In this document: positions 48,932 to 62,534 of the stretch, piece after piece
Numbering within the stretch: the stretch's first letter is position 1
Layout of the letters: every line of letters begins with the position of its first letter
DNA from: Octopus bimaculoides
Taxonomy: Eukaryota
Reading direction: 5' to 3'
Assembly (NCBI RefSeq): GCF_001194135.2
Contig: NC_068993.1
Location: 16,737,891-16,801,890, forward strand
Length of the DNA stretch: 64,000 nucleotides
Position numbers and translations under genes: made by a program
The notes under the pieces: model-generated
The model's database searches: none
Seen by the model: only the letters and a program-made list of their open reading frames with translations
Told to the model about the DNA's origin: nothing

Positions 48932-49299
48932 TATGCACACACTTGTGCCTTTTACAGTCCTTTCTCTTCACTCTTCTATCTGAAGAGATTTTTTTTTTTC
49001 CAAGATTTTTCTGTACCATATGATTCTACCATACTTCTCCATACCATACATTGTGAGTCAACTCTCTTCAGCTTATTTTTTTTACCTCCCTATAGAATTT
49101 ACCATGTCTTCTTGGACTTATTTCCAGATGTGTAACTTTTGATAGAACTTACTTCTCTATTTTCCTGTCTCTTCCATCACTAACCCTTACAAATACTCAC
49201 ACATCTGAATCTAGTGGTTCCTCACCATATTATGGACATTCCTACCTCCTGAACTTTGCACCAGTTGTATAATCTCTACAGACTTTTCATCAGTGTTGT

Positions 49300-50130
49300 A
49301 TTGTGTTGTTTTTAGATTTCTTTTCTCATAGAACTGGTCATTTTTTTTTATATCAATATACTGTGATTTATTTTCTCCAATTTTCCTATTGTTTTACTCT
49401 AACTTCTCTCCTCAAAATTGCACCTTTCTCTTCTTTTTTGCTTCTCTTGTTCACTTTTTCAGTTTTTCTTTTTTCCTCTTTCTGTTTATACACTTTATAT
49501 CCTGACATGTGTGCCCACCTTCATCACACTCCTCTCATGTCTCCATGTGCCTCATTAATTTTCTTCTTTCACATAACAAACTAACTTTTTTTTGTACCAG
49601 TGTTATAATTACTCTTTCCCCAGTCTTTCTCTTATTTTTCTCTCCCTGGACTCCAAACTTTTCTCTCTCTTACTTTCATTTCTTTGTACTTACCTTCCTT
49701 CCATGCAGCAAGCATCTCATGCCAATACTTTTGCACACACTTCTATCAGACCCTCTGCATACCCTTTTACCTCACACTTGTTCCCACTCCCTCTTTCTCA
49801 CTGCCATGCTTCCCCCCCCCCAGTACAATTGCATACACACACCGTCATCCCTATTTTCATGCTCAAACACTTCTACATGTATACATACACTCACTCCACC
49901 AAAAAAATATGCACACATGCACCATTCACCCCTTGTTCCTATCTTTAAACAGATACATTCCTATATATGTACACACCCACCTTTTCTCTATTCTTAACTT
50001 TCACATAGAACTATATGCTCACCTGGCCCCTAAATCCTCACCTGTTTTTTGCTTCTTTCTTTCCTTTATTCTCAACTACTTTCCCCTCTTTTTTACCAAT
50101 TTCATTCAAATTTTACACATGCACTACTTA
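49300..50130. repeat. Pyrimidine-rich low-complexity tract (CT/CA)
   Basis: Strong C/T strand bias; source of overlapping spurious ORFs. Confidence 0.7.
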
Positions 50131-50454
50131 GAGCCCATGGAGTGTCGTGGGCCAAAACAATTTTCAACATCTTGCTTAATGCGAGGCTGGAGCAATCTCT
50201 TATACTGTTTCGGTATTATGTGTCAAAAGTGAAGCAATAACATCTCTATTGTAATGTGAAATAATAGTTTCAATATTATTAGTGAAACTATTAAAAATGA
50301 AACTATTATCTCAGATTACATATATACATAGATACTAGGCTTACAAAGAATAAATCCTGGGGTCAATTGCTTTGACTAAAATTGGTGCTCAAGCATGCCA
50401 CAGTCAGATGACTGAAATGCGAAAACAATAAAAAAAAAACTATGCCATTTTAAT

Positions 50455-50482
50455 CCTGAGTGACACCGGGTATCTCTGCTAG
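50455..50482 (+). mobile_element. Helitron-like 3' terminus (degenerate hairpin plus CTAG|T)
   Basis: cctg-agtgacac-cggg then tatctctg CTAG t; a possible 5' a|TC end lies near 50244. Confidence 0.4.
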
Positions 50483-50994
50483 TATATATATATATAAATG
50501 TAAATGCTTTCCCAAATAAAACTGAACTTTATTTTTGAAGCTCCAATGAAGCTATAGGGTAACTGATACCAGGGCCCAATTAAGAGTCATAAAGATCCAA
50601 AAGCACTTAAAAAGTTTTGCTGTCCCCATAAATTAAAATAAATAATTCAAAATATAAACATTAATAAACCATAAAACACATTTTATTTTTCAAAATGAAA
50701 CAAAACTAACAGTGAGATGGAAATAATATTTATTCTTGTATACTGCCACTTTATTTATATTTGAAAAGTTTTCTCTTAGTTTTTTTTAATTGCAGAATCT
50801 TTGATCAGATCCCCAAAATTAATCTTACATAACATATTTGCTTCCATACTCAGTAGAGACAAGGCATCCAGCACTGGATGCTACACAAAGCATTCAACCA
50901 CAACTGCATTGCATCTTAGAGCAGAAACAGCTGTAAGCTAGTGAAGTTAATGACAGTTTCTTATTCCCTTGCATTTTACTTTCCTATATATGTC

Positions 50995-51330
50995 CCCTGC
51001 TCAATTCAGGATCAGAACATATAGGTACACTGTGGCATAATTTCTTTTCCTCAACAGGCCCTGCCCTGTTTAACATTGTCCCAAAACAGATAAAAGCGGA
51101 AAAGGATCCTATCAGCTTTAAACGGAGTCTAGACAGATTTCTTCAAGGAATACCAGACAAGCCACCCATACCTGGATACAACTCACTCAATAAGAACTCA
51201 CGACTTGAATGGACCATAAACAAAACTTGACTGTAAAAAGGATTTGGATAATCCTATCAGGTGGTGCTATTAAGTTAGACATGGCCTGGACCAATCTTTG
51301 GTCGAAACATATCTAAGTTTATCTAAATCT
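50995..51330 (+). mobile_element. 3' end of a CR1/Jockey-group LINE
   Basis: HNFFSSTGPALFNIVPKQIK...SFKRSLDRFLQGIPDKPPIPGYNS...*; terminal stem-loop gacca-atctt-tggtc (51289-51303); tatctaa tail repeats. Confidence 0.75.
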
Positions 51331-52268
51331 ATATATATATATGTATATATATAGGGAGATGTACTTGCATAGCAAGTGACCTGATCTGAGATCGTGTGCT
51401 GGAACGAAAACAATTGCAGCGTGGAAGGTGTTTATTAGTCGTTTGATTCACTTCAACATTTAAATTTAATTTGTCAAAATATTTTCGTTGCTTTGAGACC
51501 GTGACCTGTTCACTGACAAATTTACTTAAAATGGGATTAACATAAGGGCCCATGTGTTGTGTTCTTAGATTCTTCCTTTCTCTATTCCCTTTACTTTGTA
51601 AAGTAGCAGTCAGTCAATGTCAGCATGACCACTCTTTCAGACAGGCTGTTGTTGAGATATCTAAGATAGTTTTGCATCAAGAAGCCGATGTCATGTAGTC
51701 AGTCAGATCAAACACTTTCAGAACAGCTAACATGAATATGAAGATGATATAACATATCATTCATACTCTGCTTTGAGTTTCAGTGTTTAATCATTCCTTT
51801 CTAACTTCAACTATTTAGTTGTGGATATTATTGTCTTGACACTTTAATTTTAAGACGTATAAATGATCTGCATTTTAAAGTAAATAGGAAGTTTGCGGCA
51901 TGTATTTATTTAGCTACTTTATTGAATAAGTTGAGCAACTATATTGATATAGAACAAGCCAAAACGAGAGGGCTTCTATATGGCCACAATTGCTAGAAAC
52001 TGAAGCCAAATCTCTCAGGTGTTACATCCTACTGTCTTACGGAAAAACACTTTGGATGATTAATCCAGAGTACACAAGTGCTAGTAAAGAGTGGAATAAT
52101 CATGATCCAAATACCTTTGATCATTGGTGTGCTTGATCAGTGCCAACCTGGGGTTAAATGACAAAAAGCAACATAGATATAGCAGTTTCTTCACATCTTT
52201 TAGTTGTTAGGGGTATATGTACACGCATACACATGCACGTGCACGTACACATACACATGCATATGCAG

Positions 52269-52312
<44 letters not shown>

Positions 52313-53033
52313 ACACAGACATATGCATGCACACACAAATAAACATAGGGAGATATTACTCAAGCACTTCAGTAATTATTTCTGTTTACTAAACAGATGG
52401 AGGTAATTTAAGCCATCAATATAATTAATCTAGAGTGACACAAATGAAGGGAAATAAATTTTAATTGCTAAGAATTAAGACACTCAAGATTTTTGCGGAA
52501 AAATGGACTGGAAGTTGTGATGTGTTTACTTTCCCCTAAGGCATTAGTCTTGTAAATAAATCAATACAACTTCAACAAAAAAGTGTGAGCTAGCATACTT
52601 AATATAATAAACTGAAGAATTTTAATTAATTAAAATTTCACCCTTCTTGTGGAGATTAATCATTATCTAAATGTGTAATTCTGGACCAAAAAAGGCAGAG
52701 GAGATAACCCTGAAATTTTAATTAAATATGGAATGCAGTAGAGATTTTTAGTAATGCAGCAACAACTTTGGACATGTTTCAATGTTAGTAGACTTCATCA
52801 GTAATACAATATCTAGCCATGACCTTGAAATGTTAAAATGGCTAGAGAGATCTTTTGTCTTTTATCATTATTTTTTATGTTTAACTCCTTGGACTGTGAC
52901 CATGCTGGGGCATCACTTTTAAGGGTTTAGTTGAAAAAATTAACCTCAGTACTTATTTTTCTGTTGGATTCTTTTACTATTTAAGAGTAAATTGCAAAAT
53001 GCTAATATATAACACACACAAATAGATACATAA

Positions 53034-53078
<45 letters not shown>

Positions 53079-53266
53079 AGGGGTGAAAATTTGTATTATT
53101 TTTTAATCTTTGTCTGAAGAATTAGTGATAGGAGATTCCATACAAGCATTTTTCTTACATGTATACTTTTGTAACTCCTATGTTGTAATGGAACGGGATT
53201 AAAAATATACTTAATTTTTCCAGTCTTTTGTTTTGACACTCATATATATGTATATTTATATATATA

Positions 53267-54191
53267 TTGGGTCATCCCATAAATAATTCAGTTTTTAATA
53301 CTTCCTTTATTTTTCAAAATTAAAATTAACTTTGTTTATTTTTTAATCTAAGATATACTCTCCTTCATTTTCTACAATGCTCTTTCATCTATCTGGCAGA
53401 CTTGCAAGGCCCCTCTTCCAAAATTCACTTGTCCATGACAAAAAATACTACTCCAGTACTTTTCTGACCTCGTCTACAGAATTCATATTTTTCCCATCCA
53501 AATGATTTTGAAGATTGTGGAATAAATGATAATCAGATGGGGCAATATCCAGTGAATATGGTGGGCGGAACATCATTTCCCATTCAAACTGCTCCAGCCT
53601 CTCGAATGTCATCCTTGCTGTATGTGGCTGAGCATTAGACTTAGTAAGTTTGTGTGGAACCCATTGACCCAATTTGCTGACTTCTATGATGGCACGCAGG
53701 TTTTGATGAATGGTTGAATGACCAAATCCAAGCTTCTCTGTTAGTTCCTCAACAGTTACAATGGAATTTTGTTCCACCATGGTTTGCAGGACATCCTCGT
53801 CTAGCTCCACAGATCTTCCAGGATGAGGCTCATCTTCTAGGCTGTAGTTTCTGGCTCAGAATTTCTGGAACCACCGTTGACACTGGCTTACACTTATTGT
53901 CCGATCCCTATATATTGCATTAATATTCCTTGCACTTTCCGTTGCATTGTTACCTTAACTGAACTCATAAAGCAAAATATGCTGAATATGCTCCTTTGTC
54001 ACTTCCATTATAGCTTTGAAAAAATAACTGTTAAAACTGAACTGCACTCTTCAAACATTGCACTAAGAATAAGTACAAGGTAAAATTACCACCTGCTCTT
54101 ATAGCAAGTTGATGCAGATAGTTTATCCCATCCCCCTCTGACTTTTAGTTTGTGCAGTTGATAAAGCCACATTATTTATAGAATGACCCAA
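53267..54191 (-). mobile_element. Mariner transposon with in-frame internal deletion, 925 bp
   Basis: TIRs ta|ttgggtcatcccataaataat and attatttatagaatgacccaa|ta; MEVTKEHIQHILLYEF from 54008; WVPHKL joined almost directly to NAQPHTAR; PPYSLDIAPSDYHLF. Confidence 0.95.
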
Positions 54192-54518
54192 TATATATAT
54201 ACATATATTTTTATGTAGTCAACTGCATAAAATATTACTGCTCAAAGAAATTTTTGAAAGAGTGAGCTTGACTTTCTCTGACTTATGAACAACTGACCAA
54301 CTATATATGCACACACACATTTATATATAAAACATAAGCACATATCACATGGAGAAGAAAAGCAAGAACAGTAATTTGAATCAGTCATGATGAAACTGGT
54401 GTCAAAGTAGGGTTAACATTAAACAGTTAAACAAGTCACAATGGCAACAATCCAAAATTTAGAAAATAAATTCTTTTAAAATTATTATTAATATATATTT
54501 TTTAATGGGTTGACACAG

Positions 54519-54583
54519 TGAAATCCCAGTTGGACACAGGCAATGCACTGGAGGTCATATCAATCTGACCTTTGACAGATATG
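54519..54583 (+). CDS. Candidate internal coding exon of an unidentified host gene (EIPVGHRQCTGGHINLTFDRY)
   Basis: acag acceptor, strong atg|gtaagt donor, only one of three frames open, GC-richer than the flanks, not a recognised repeat. Confidence 0.3.
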
Positions 54584-55829
54584 GTAAGTGACAACTCCTG
54601 TCATGTGTCAGTGTTATTAGACCTCAATAAAGCATTGTCATTTCATGCGTCTGCCATACTGCAAATGAGAGAAATAATATATGAATATTGAAAGTGTTTA
54701 CATCTACTGGAGTAAAAACACAACAGAAAACCTGAAGGAAATAACCCAGGGATATCATCAATGTGGAAAATAAATAGAATTTAGGAAGTAAAATAATTTA
54801 TATATTTAGAAGCCTGAATAATATGTAAAGCTTTGAGATAGTCACTAGAATTGGAAGAAAAGTTGTGGTTTTTGCCAATATAAACCAGTTGGGAAACAAA
54901 GAACAGGGTTTTATATTGGAGTGCAATGAGAAGTAGGAGAGAAAATAACATTTCTCCTCAACTCAGAAGCCTTACCTGAAACTTTATCTTGTATTTCCTC
55001 TTATGGTACATCAATATACACGTCTTGTTTATATTGTCTGACACAGGATGATGATATAGGACCATACTGTATATTATTGTACAGGGGTTGAGTGTATCAA
55101 GTACATTTTGACAATCAGAACATGTTGATTCTGCTTTGCTTGTTCATCTCTTAATATATTGTAATCTCAATGTTTAAATATCTGAAATGAGTTGTTAATA
55201 AGAACTTTTTTTCTTTAGCTTTTTGTGAGGTATTGGCATAGCTCTGTGGTTAAGATGCTTACCCTACTACCACATGGTTTTGGGTTTTCACTGTGTGGTA
55301 ACTTGGGCCAACTAATACTTTCTGAGTGAAATTTGGAGATGGAAACGAAGAGGAAGCCTGTTACATCTATACAGTGAGCTTCCTCATGTGTATGTATGTT
55401 TTCTGTATATCTTCACACTGTCACTGCATGAGCAAAAGCAATCTCTTATAAACAACATCTTGTAGCTTAGTAGTTTTGTCATGCATAAAGACAAATGGAA
55501 TAAAAACTCCTTACCTAGAAAATTACAGTAACAAGAAGGACATCTGGCCATAGAATACTGCTTCACTAACTCACATCTAACCAATGCCAGCATGGGAAGA
55601 GTATATATTAACTCAGGAGTGGCTGTTGTTGTTGCTCTTGTAATTTAGAAACGAATGCACCACTCTAACATATCATATTTATAACTGCACCACATCTTGA
55701 TCAATTTAATTTCTGGTTATTATCAGGTGCAGTTTTTATGTGTGTGTGCATATTAGATGATGGTACTTTCCAGGAGTATATAACCTGACGATTGTTGGAA
55801 ATCAAATCAACTAAAATGGTGTTGATGTA

Positions 55830-56160
55830 AATATTCCTTTCTACTAAAAGCACAAGTCCTGACATTTTGGGGGTAGGGGACTAGTTGATTACATCGACCC
55901 CAGTGTTTCACTGGTTCTTAATTTATCAAATCTGAAAGGATGAAAGGCAAAGTCGACCTCAGTGGATTTTGAACCCAGAACGTGAAAACAGATGAAATAC
56001 TGCTAACCATTTCACCTGGTGTGCTAATGATTCTGCCAGTTTGCTGCCCTTTTAAAGCAAAGCTGACCTCAGTGGGATTTGAAATCTGAAGGTAAAGAGC
56101 CAGAAGAATTGTCACTATGCACTTTGTCTGATGTGCTAACAATTCTGCCAGTTCACCTAA
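55830..56160 (-). mobile_element. Family C SINE, one full plus one partial tandem copy
   Basis: gattacatcgaccccagtg...ggatgaaaggcaaagtcgacctc...attctgccag, repeated. Confidence 0.8.
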
Positions 56161-56329
56161 CTGTGTTGATGTAAATATTAAAAAGCAAAAAAGTGTTTTG
56201 TATAATATAACAGTCACCAAAATTTGTAATTGAATGAGTGATGCAGGTTTCCAAAGATGGACAGAACAGAAGTCAGTCATCGGCATGCTTTGTTGATGCT
56301 CAGTAGTGTTGAATCTTGTGGATTTACTT

Positions 56330-57613
56330 TCAGGCCATTAAGAATGAAATGTATAATTTTCTTATACACCAAGTTTGACAGTTGCTAACTCTAATGTTTT
56401 ATCCTGACAATTCTTTGTTTTATAACATTGAAGAGTTACGTCATCACCTTTCGAAATGCAATTCATGGTGTCTGATTATATTGTGATTTTTCTCTTGTAA
56501 ATCAATGTTTGTGAATCCATAGATAGATAAACAATTTGTGTTGTTTATGAATATGAGTTCTGTTGTGGAACCAATGCATCCCAGACAGCTCAAAACATCA
56601 ATGAGGTATTTTGTGAAGAGGTGGCGAATGAGCTCACTGTACATTGATAGTTTGAGAAGTTCCAGTCTGGTTATTTTACTCTTGAAAATCAGCCCCATGG
56701 TAGACCTGAGATCAAGGTGGGTGATGATCAGCTGGAAACTGTAATGGAAGTGGATACACCTCAAACTACATGTGAGTCAGCAGCAAGGTTTGATGTTTCG
56801 ATTCCAACTGTATTGGACCATCTGAAACAAATTGGCAGGGTAAAGAAGCTGGACAAGTGGGTACCACACGAACTGAACAAGCATCAAATGACACGCCATC
56901 TTGAAACTTGCTGTTCTTTGCTGTCACGGCATGAAAGCAAATCATTTTTGTATCATATTGTTACATGTGATGAAAAATGGATTCTTTTCAACAATAGCAA
57001 GTGTTCTGTATGGTGGTTGGCTAGAACGAAATGCCAAAACACAGTCCAATAATAGAATATTCACCAAAAAAAGCTAATGGTGTCTGTTTGATGGTCCAAT
57101 ACTAGTGTCATCCATTACACCTTCATGAGACCTGGTAAGTCAAATACAGCGGATGTATACATCAACTAATTCAATGAAATGATGAGTGAACTTGCAATTA
57201 AACAACCGAGATTGGTCAATGGAGACAGGCCAATCCTCTTGCAAGACAATGCTGACCACATGCTGCGCAAAGAATGCCACTCCAGTTATAGGAACTGAAC
57301 TTGGAAGTACTCTGTCATCCACCATATTCACCAGACCTTGCACCGACTGACTATCATGTTTTCCAGGCATTAGACAACTTTTTACAAGGAAAAAACTTAA
57401 AATCTGAAGAAGAGGCAAAAACAGTCTTTCGTGATTTCATCACCTCTTGCTTTCCAGAATTCTTTGCTGCTGGCATAAATAAGCTACCGATAAAATGTCA
57501 AAATTGTGTTGATAATTTAGGTGCATACTTTGATTAGCTGCATTACTTTTTGTTGAGATAAAGTGGAATAAACTTTCAGTTCAAAATCGGACATTTCATT
57601 CTTAATGATCTGA
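56330..57613 (+). mobile_element. Full-length-size mariner (DD34D) transposon, 1284 bp, with pseudogenised transposase
   Basis: TIRs tcaggccattaagaatgaaatgt and acatttcattcttaatgatctga|ta; WVPHELN, IVTCDEKWI, LQDNA and HPPYSPDLAPTDYH motifs; stops and frameshifts. Confidence 0.95.
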
Positions 57614-57844
57614 TAGATACCAGTTTGAAAAAGTTAACAGGCATGGCTGTGTGGTTACAAAGCTTGCTTCGCAATCACTGATTTCAGGTTTGGTTCCTAC
57701 TACATGGCACCTTAGGTGTCTTCTACTACAGCCCCATACTGACCAATTCCTTGTGAGTGAATTTCAGTGACAGAAATTGCATGGAAGCCTGTCATTTATA
57801 TATTTTTGCAATCATTGAAAAGTGAATATTCAAATAACAACGAC

Positions 57845-58300
57845 CGAGACCTTTGGCAATATGCTGTGATTGAGAAGACCCGTTGAGCCAAGTGAGATCG
57901 TAGCCATGGCTGATGCCAGTGTCGTATAACTGGCCCATTCAACTGTCAGGCAATATGCTGTGCTTGAGAAGACCTGTTGAGCCAAATGAAATCATAGTCG
58001 TGGCTGATGTCAGTGTCACCTGACTGGCACCAATATCGGTGGCACGTAAAAAGCACCATTTGAGTGTGGTTAATGCCAGTGCTGCATGACTGGGTCCCAT
58101 GCTGGTGGCATGTAAAAAACACCCACTACACTCTCAGAGTGGTTGGCATTAGGAAGAGCATCCAGATGTAGAAACTTTGCCAGATCAGATTTGAGTCTGG
58201 TGCAGCCTCCCGACTTGCCAGACCTCAGTTAAACTGTCCAACCCATGCCAGCATGGAAAGCGGACATTAAACAACGATGATAATGATGATGAGGATGATG
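57845..58300 (+). mobile_element. RTE 3' UTR fragment (family B) with an internal ~80-nt tandem duplication
   Basis: ggcaatatgctgtg.ttgagaagacc.gttgagccaa.tga.atc.tag occurs twice (~57855 and ~57948); (GAT)n tail. Confidence 0.8.
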
Positions 58301-60363
58301 ATTGTGTGTGTGTGTTGTGTGTATGTAGCCTTGTGTCTGTGTTTGTTTCTCTCAACACCACCTCTTGACAACCAATGTTGGTTTGTTTACATCCCCATAA
58401 CTTAACGGTTTGGCAAAAGAGACCAATAAATAGAATAAGTACCAAATTTTAAAAAATAAGCATTGGTGTTGATTTACTTGACTAAGCATTCCAAGGCAGT
58501 TCCCCCAGCTTAACCACATTCCAGTAACTGAAACAAATAAAAAAGTAAAGATAATTTCATGTTAAGAGAGTTAATCTCTAAATATTTCCTTATAGAAATT
58601 TACCATACTTCTCAAATTTTATAGTTTTTCTGTATTTTCAAAAAAATTTATGTTTTTAACTTTTACTTCAAAGACATATTTTCCTGTGTTGGACTTAATT
58701 CATTCTGGCTAAAGGAAATATTGAATTTCCTCTCACACTTCTTCTCTTCCTTCTATCCACCTCCCCCTCTTCCTGGCTAACTTCTGGAAAAAAAAAAATT
58801 CTCAAAGATAGAGATAAAGCAGTAAGCCTGCTTGCACCTGTGATTTCTTTTCACCACCTTTCAATGTCTGCTGGAGAAGAATTTGTGTACTGTCTCTATC
58901 AAATGTCAGGATCAGAAATGAGAAAGTATAGGATTGCTAAGATATCACACAGTATGTGACTTAGACACAGTATGTCACTGAGTTCAGCAGTACTTAAATA
59001 TCAAGTTAGTTCCCTTACTATATTGCAGATACCTTCCTTCACTTTCACCACCACCACTGCCACCACCACTATCACTGTCACCAAATTCAGTTGCCACTTC
59101 ACAAATGGTTCTAAAATAAGGGTCAGCTAAGTCTAACCCCAACATCATTAACTAGAACTGAGAAATGAAAAATGGCTTCCTCCTTTTTTGGTGGGAAATT
59201 GATACTTAAGGGGCTATCATTGCCCTTTTTTTCTAAATACCTCCATTTAAAGGGAAACAGCTTGATAACAGAATCCGATTATTTTCATAAATGAGAAATT
59301 ATAAATAAAGAGTAAGAATATTTTGTAACAGAGATGGGGTATATTTTTTCATGTAGGTTAAACCCCTCCTTCCATAGATATAGCTGCACTACAAGCCCCA
59401 ACCCCACACTCACCACTTAGAAGCCAGTCTCCAGACAAATTGACTGAAAATAGGACTGACTTAAGAAATTTACTGTTGCACTTTTGGTGGTTTACTTCAT
59501 CTGCTGGAAATAGCACCCAATTCTCCTTCAAGTTACACTCTGCATCTTTTAAAAAAAAAAGGTAACACTTAAAACTGGGATACACTGAGCTTCAGAATAA
59601 GATGGGTTGGTCATGAAGTGAATCATCAGCTTCCAACAAATAAACTTTGCATCTGCTGTGCTTTTTCTCATATTTCATCATCATCATCATTTGTTTTAAC
59701 ATCTACTTTTCCATGCTTGCATGGGTCAGACAGAATTTGTTGAGGTGAGTTTTCTAAGCTGGATGCTTTTTCTGCTGCCAACCCTCACCTCTTTTTCCAA
59801 GTAAAGTAATATTTTCTCATGACCTAACATGTTTCTACAGAAGATTAGAAATAAAGGATACCACTCATTTGATGATTACACTTTCTCACAACTAGCACGT
59901 GTGATGTCAAGGCAAGCAGACAGCAACACACACACATGCATGCACACACACACATCAGTTCACATCTACCAAATTCACTCACAAGGCTTTGGTCAGAAAA
60001 TACTTGCACTAGGTGCTATGCAGTGGAACTGAACCTGGAATCACAGCCATACCAGTACATTCAAATATCAATGCATTCATGGCTCTATACATTCTCATTT
60101 CAATGTACAACGATATGCATTACTTACAAGAACTGCATGAAGTTTGGCTAGCTCAACCTTCTCCCAGTTCTTGCGGGGAAACCATACACATTGAGTGGTT
60201 CTAGCATGCAATGTAATTGATGGATGAAAGAGTGAGAAGGGGAGAGGAAAAGTGGCCCTAAAATTTGATTGGCATATTATTAACTTTAGAATGATCAAAG
60301 ACAAAAGATAACCTTGGTAGGATTAGAACTCAAAAGTAATGATCTGGAACAATTACTATAAAG

Positions 60364-60902
60364 CAATGGTTCCCAACCAGAGTCCATATAAGATTTTTCT
60401 GTTAAAATTTAGCAATAAATTGGTTATACTTCTACAATATACGAAATATGTTTTCGATACTGTTGTGTCTGAGGAGAGTCATTCTCTTTTGGTGCCTTAT
60501 AATTTAACACACTCACCAGTAAAATTTCCACTTTTTTCTTTTTTATTCTTCTAAAATTTTCATTGTGTCTTGCAACCTTTTCAATAGTTTTGACTCTGTC
60601 CATTACTCACACTGCGTTCCTTTTTGTTTGTTTATGTGTATGTGTGTGGATCAGTGTGTTTTTTATACAATTCCTGATAATAGCTAATTACAAGTACATA
60701 CCAGTACATTCAAATATCGATGCATACATGGCTCTGAACATTCTCATTTCAATGTACAATATATATGCATTACTTTCAAGAACTGCATGAAGTTTGGCTA
60801 GCTCAACCTTCCCCCAGTTCTTGAGATATAATAGGATGTTTTAAATATTGAATGGTTATCGGGAGTGGGGTCCATAGGTAAAAAAATGGTTGAGAATCAC
60901 TG
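60364..60902. mobile_element. hAT (Charlie-like) non-autonomous element, 539 bp
   Basis: TIRs caatggttcccaacc and ggttgagaatcactg; perfect 8-bp TSD CTATAAAG at 60356-60363 and 60903-60910. Confidence 0.9.
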
Positions 60903-61515
60903 CTATAAAGCATCTGTCCAACACCATAATGATTCTGTCAATCGCCCCACTATTACAAGAAATTGATGCTAATACACTGTTTGCCACATGATGTAACTAT
61001 TAATCTCTAATAAATATATTACAGATCATCAACTTTTCAATATGGCATCAGGAGCTAAATACTACAATATCAGAATTAATATATTGATTACGCATATTGG
61101 CACAAGGCCACAACTTTGTGGTGGGTTAAAGTCAGATCACCAAAAGGAATTAACATACATTAAGATAACTTTATATATAAAAAAAAAATGTGTTGATAAC
61201 AATAAGTTTTAAATAATAACAATTATTGATGTTTTTGGATACAAGGCATGAAGCCAATTTTTGTTGGGCAGTGTGTTGTTGTTGTTTGTTCTTCAGTCCC
61301 AGATCTATCCTAACAATGTAAACCTATAATCAAGACATTCTAATTATAACCGTTCCCATCATTTATTCATTCATTCTGTAAATTCTGATATTTACATTGA
61401 AGAACAATTTTTTAAAAGTTTGCATTATGGCTTTGGCAGAGGAAAGGCAGTGTCCATGACCATTTTTTTAGAATCTCTAAGATTGATGGAAGGAAAAAAA
61501 AAAGTTATTTTCCAG

Positions 61516-61578
61516 CCAGAGACCCAGTCCAAATTGCTGCAAGAGAGTGGACTCCACTAAAGATACCCAAGAGATATA
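61516..61578 (+). CDS. Candidate internal coding exon (63 nt; RDPVQIAAREWTPLKIPKRY)
   Basis: ttattttccag acceptor and ta|gtaagc donor; phase 1-1, compatible with the phase-1 end of 54519-54583. Confidence 0.3.
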
Positions 61579-61804
61579 GTAAGCTATCCTGAACATTATT
61601 GTCTCAAGTTCTAGGACTCAAGGGGCCAGTTCCCATGGTGTCTAAGAGACCAAGATCACACTTGGTCATATGTCTTCACCCAAAGAGATATATAGTGATA
61701 TTAAATCAGATGAAACATTTAGTTTACTTCAGATCAAGTAGAGTCCATCAAATGAGCTTCAGCACAGTTTCTATGCACCCAATCTTACTCACAAAGCTTA
61801 CTAC

Positions 61805-62500
61805 ATCTACGAAGGCTGTGACAGCAGAGGATATGCGAAGGCTTGAAAGAAATGAAACCAGCATACTCTGTGCTGCTGGATGTGCAATGTCAGTGTGTTT
61901 GTACAACAAAGTGTAAATGTTTTGAGAGGCATCATTTGTAGTATGCAAGAGAAAAGACTGCACTGGTATGGCCATGTGATGCATATGGAGGAAGACAGCT
62001 GCATAAAGAAGTGCCAATCTCTAAATGCAACCGAAAATTTGGAAGTGGAAGACCCAGGAAGACATGGGACAAATCAGTGAGAAATGATTGTCAGATGTTG
62101 AGCCTCACAGAGGAGTTGACAGAGGATTAAGACAACTGAAATTTGCTGTGCTTTAGAAGATCCACCCAGCTAAGTAAAGTCCATGTTCGTTCCCCCTCCC
62201 TCCTCCACAACACACCCATACACACCACTGTTGTTCCCCGCCTCTCTTCCCTGTCACACATCTACCTACCTGTGCATACGTTCCAGCTAAATCCCTTCCT
62301 CACAGCATATCCTCCTGACCACTCCCTACCTCTACCAATGTCCACTCATTGCAGCCCCTTCCAACCTCTAGCTCCCACTTCTTTCGAAATCCTGTGAACT
62401 CACTTACCCACTCACTCTCCCCAATCCCCACTCCACTTCAATCCCAGGGTGCATGGGGAGGGGGGATGCCCCTCCCTGTCACATCTTCACTATCTCTCTC

Positions 62501-62534
<34 letters not shown>

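Noticed and set aside
49509-50232. Overlapping 118-182 aa ORFs
   Set aside because: Open in all three frames because the pyrimidine-rich low-complexity sequence lacks stops.
51285-51310. gacca-atctt-tggtc-GAAAC
   Set aside because: No upstream CUGANGA; better explained as the 3' terminal stem-loop of the CR1-like LINE.
51352-51530. Stem followed by GAAA on the minus strand (hammerhead-like)
   Set aside because: No CUGANGA core (it reads cagtgaacag) and the stem is mismatched; treated as an unclassified repeat.
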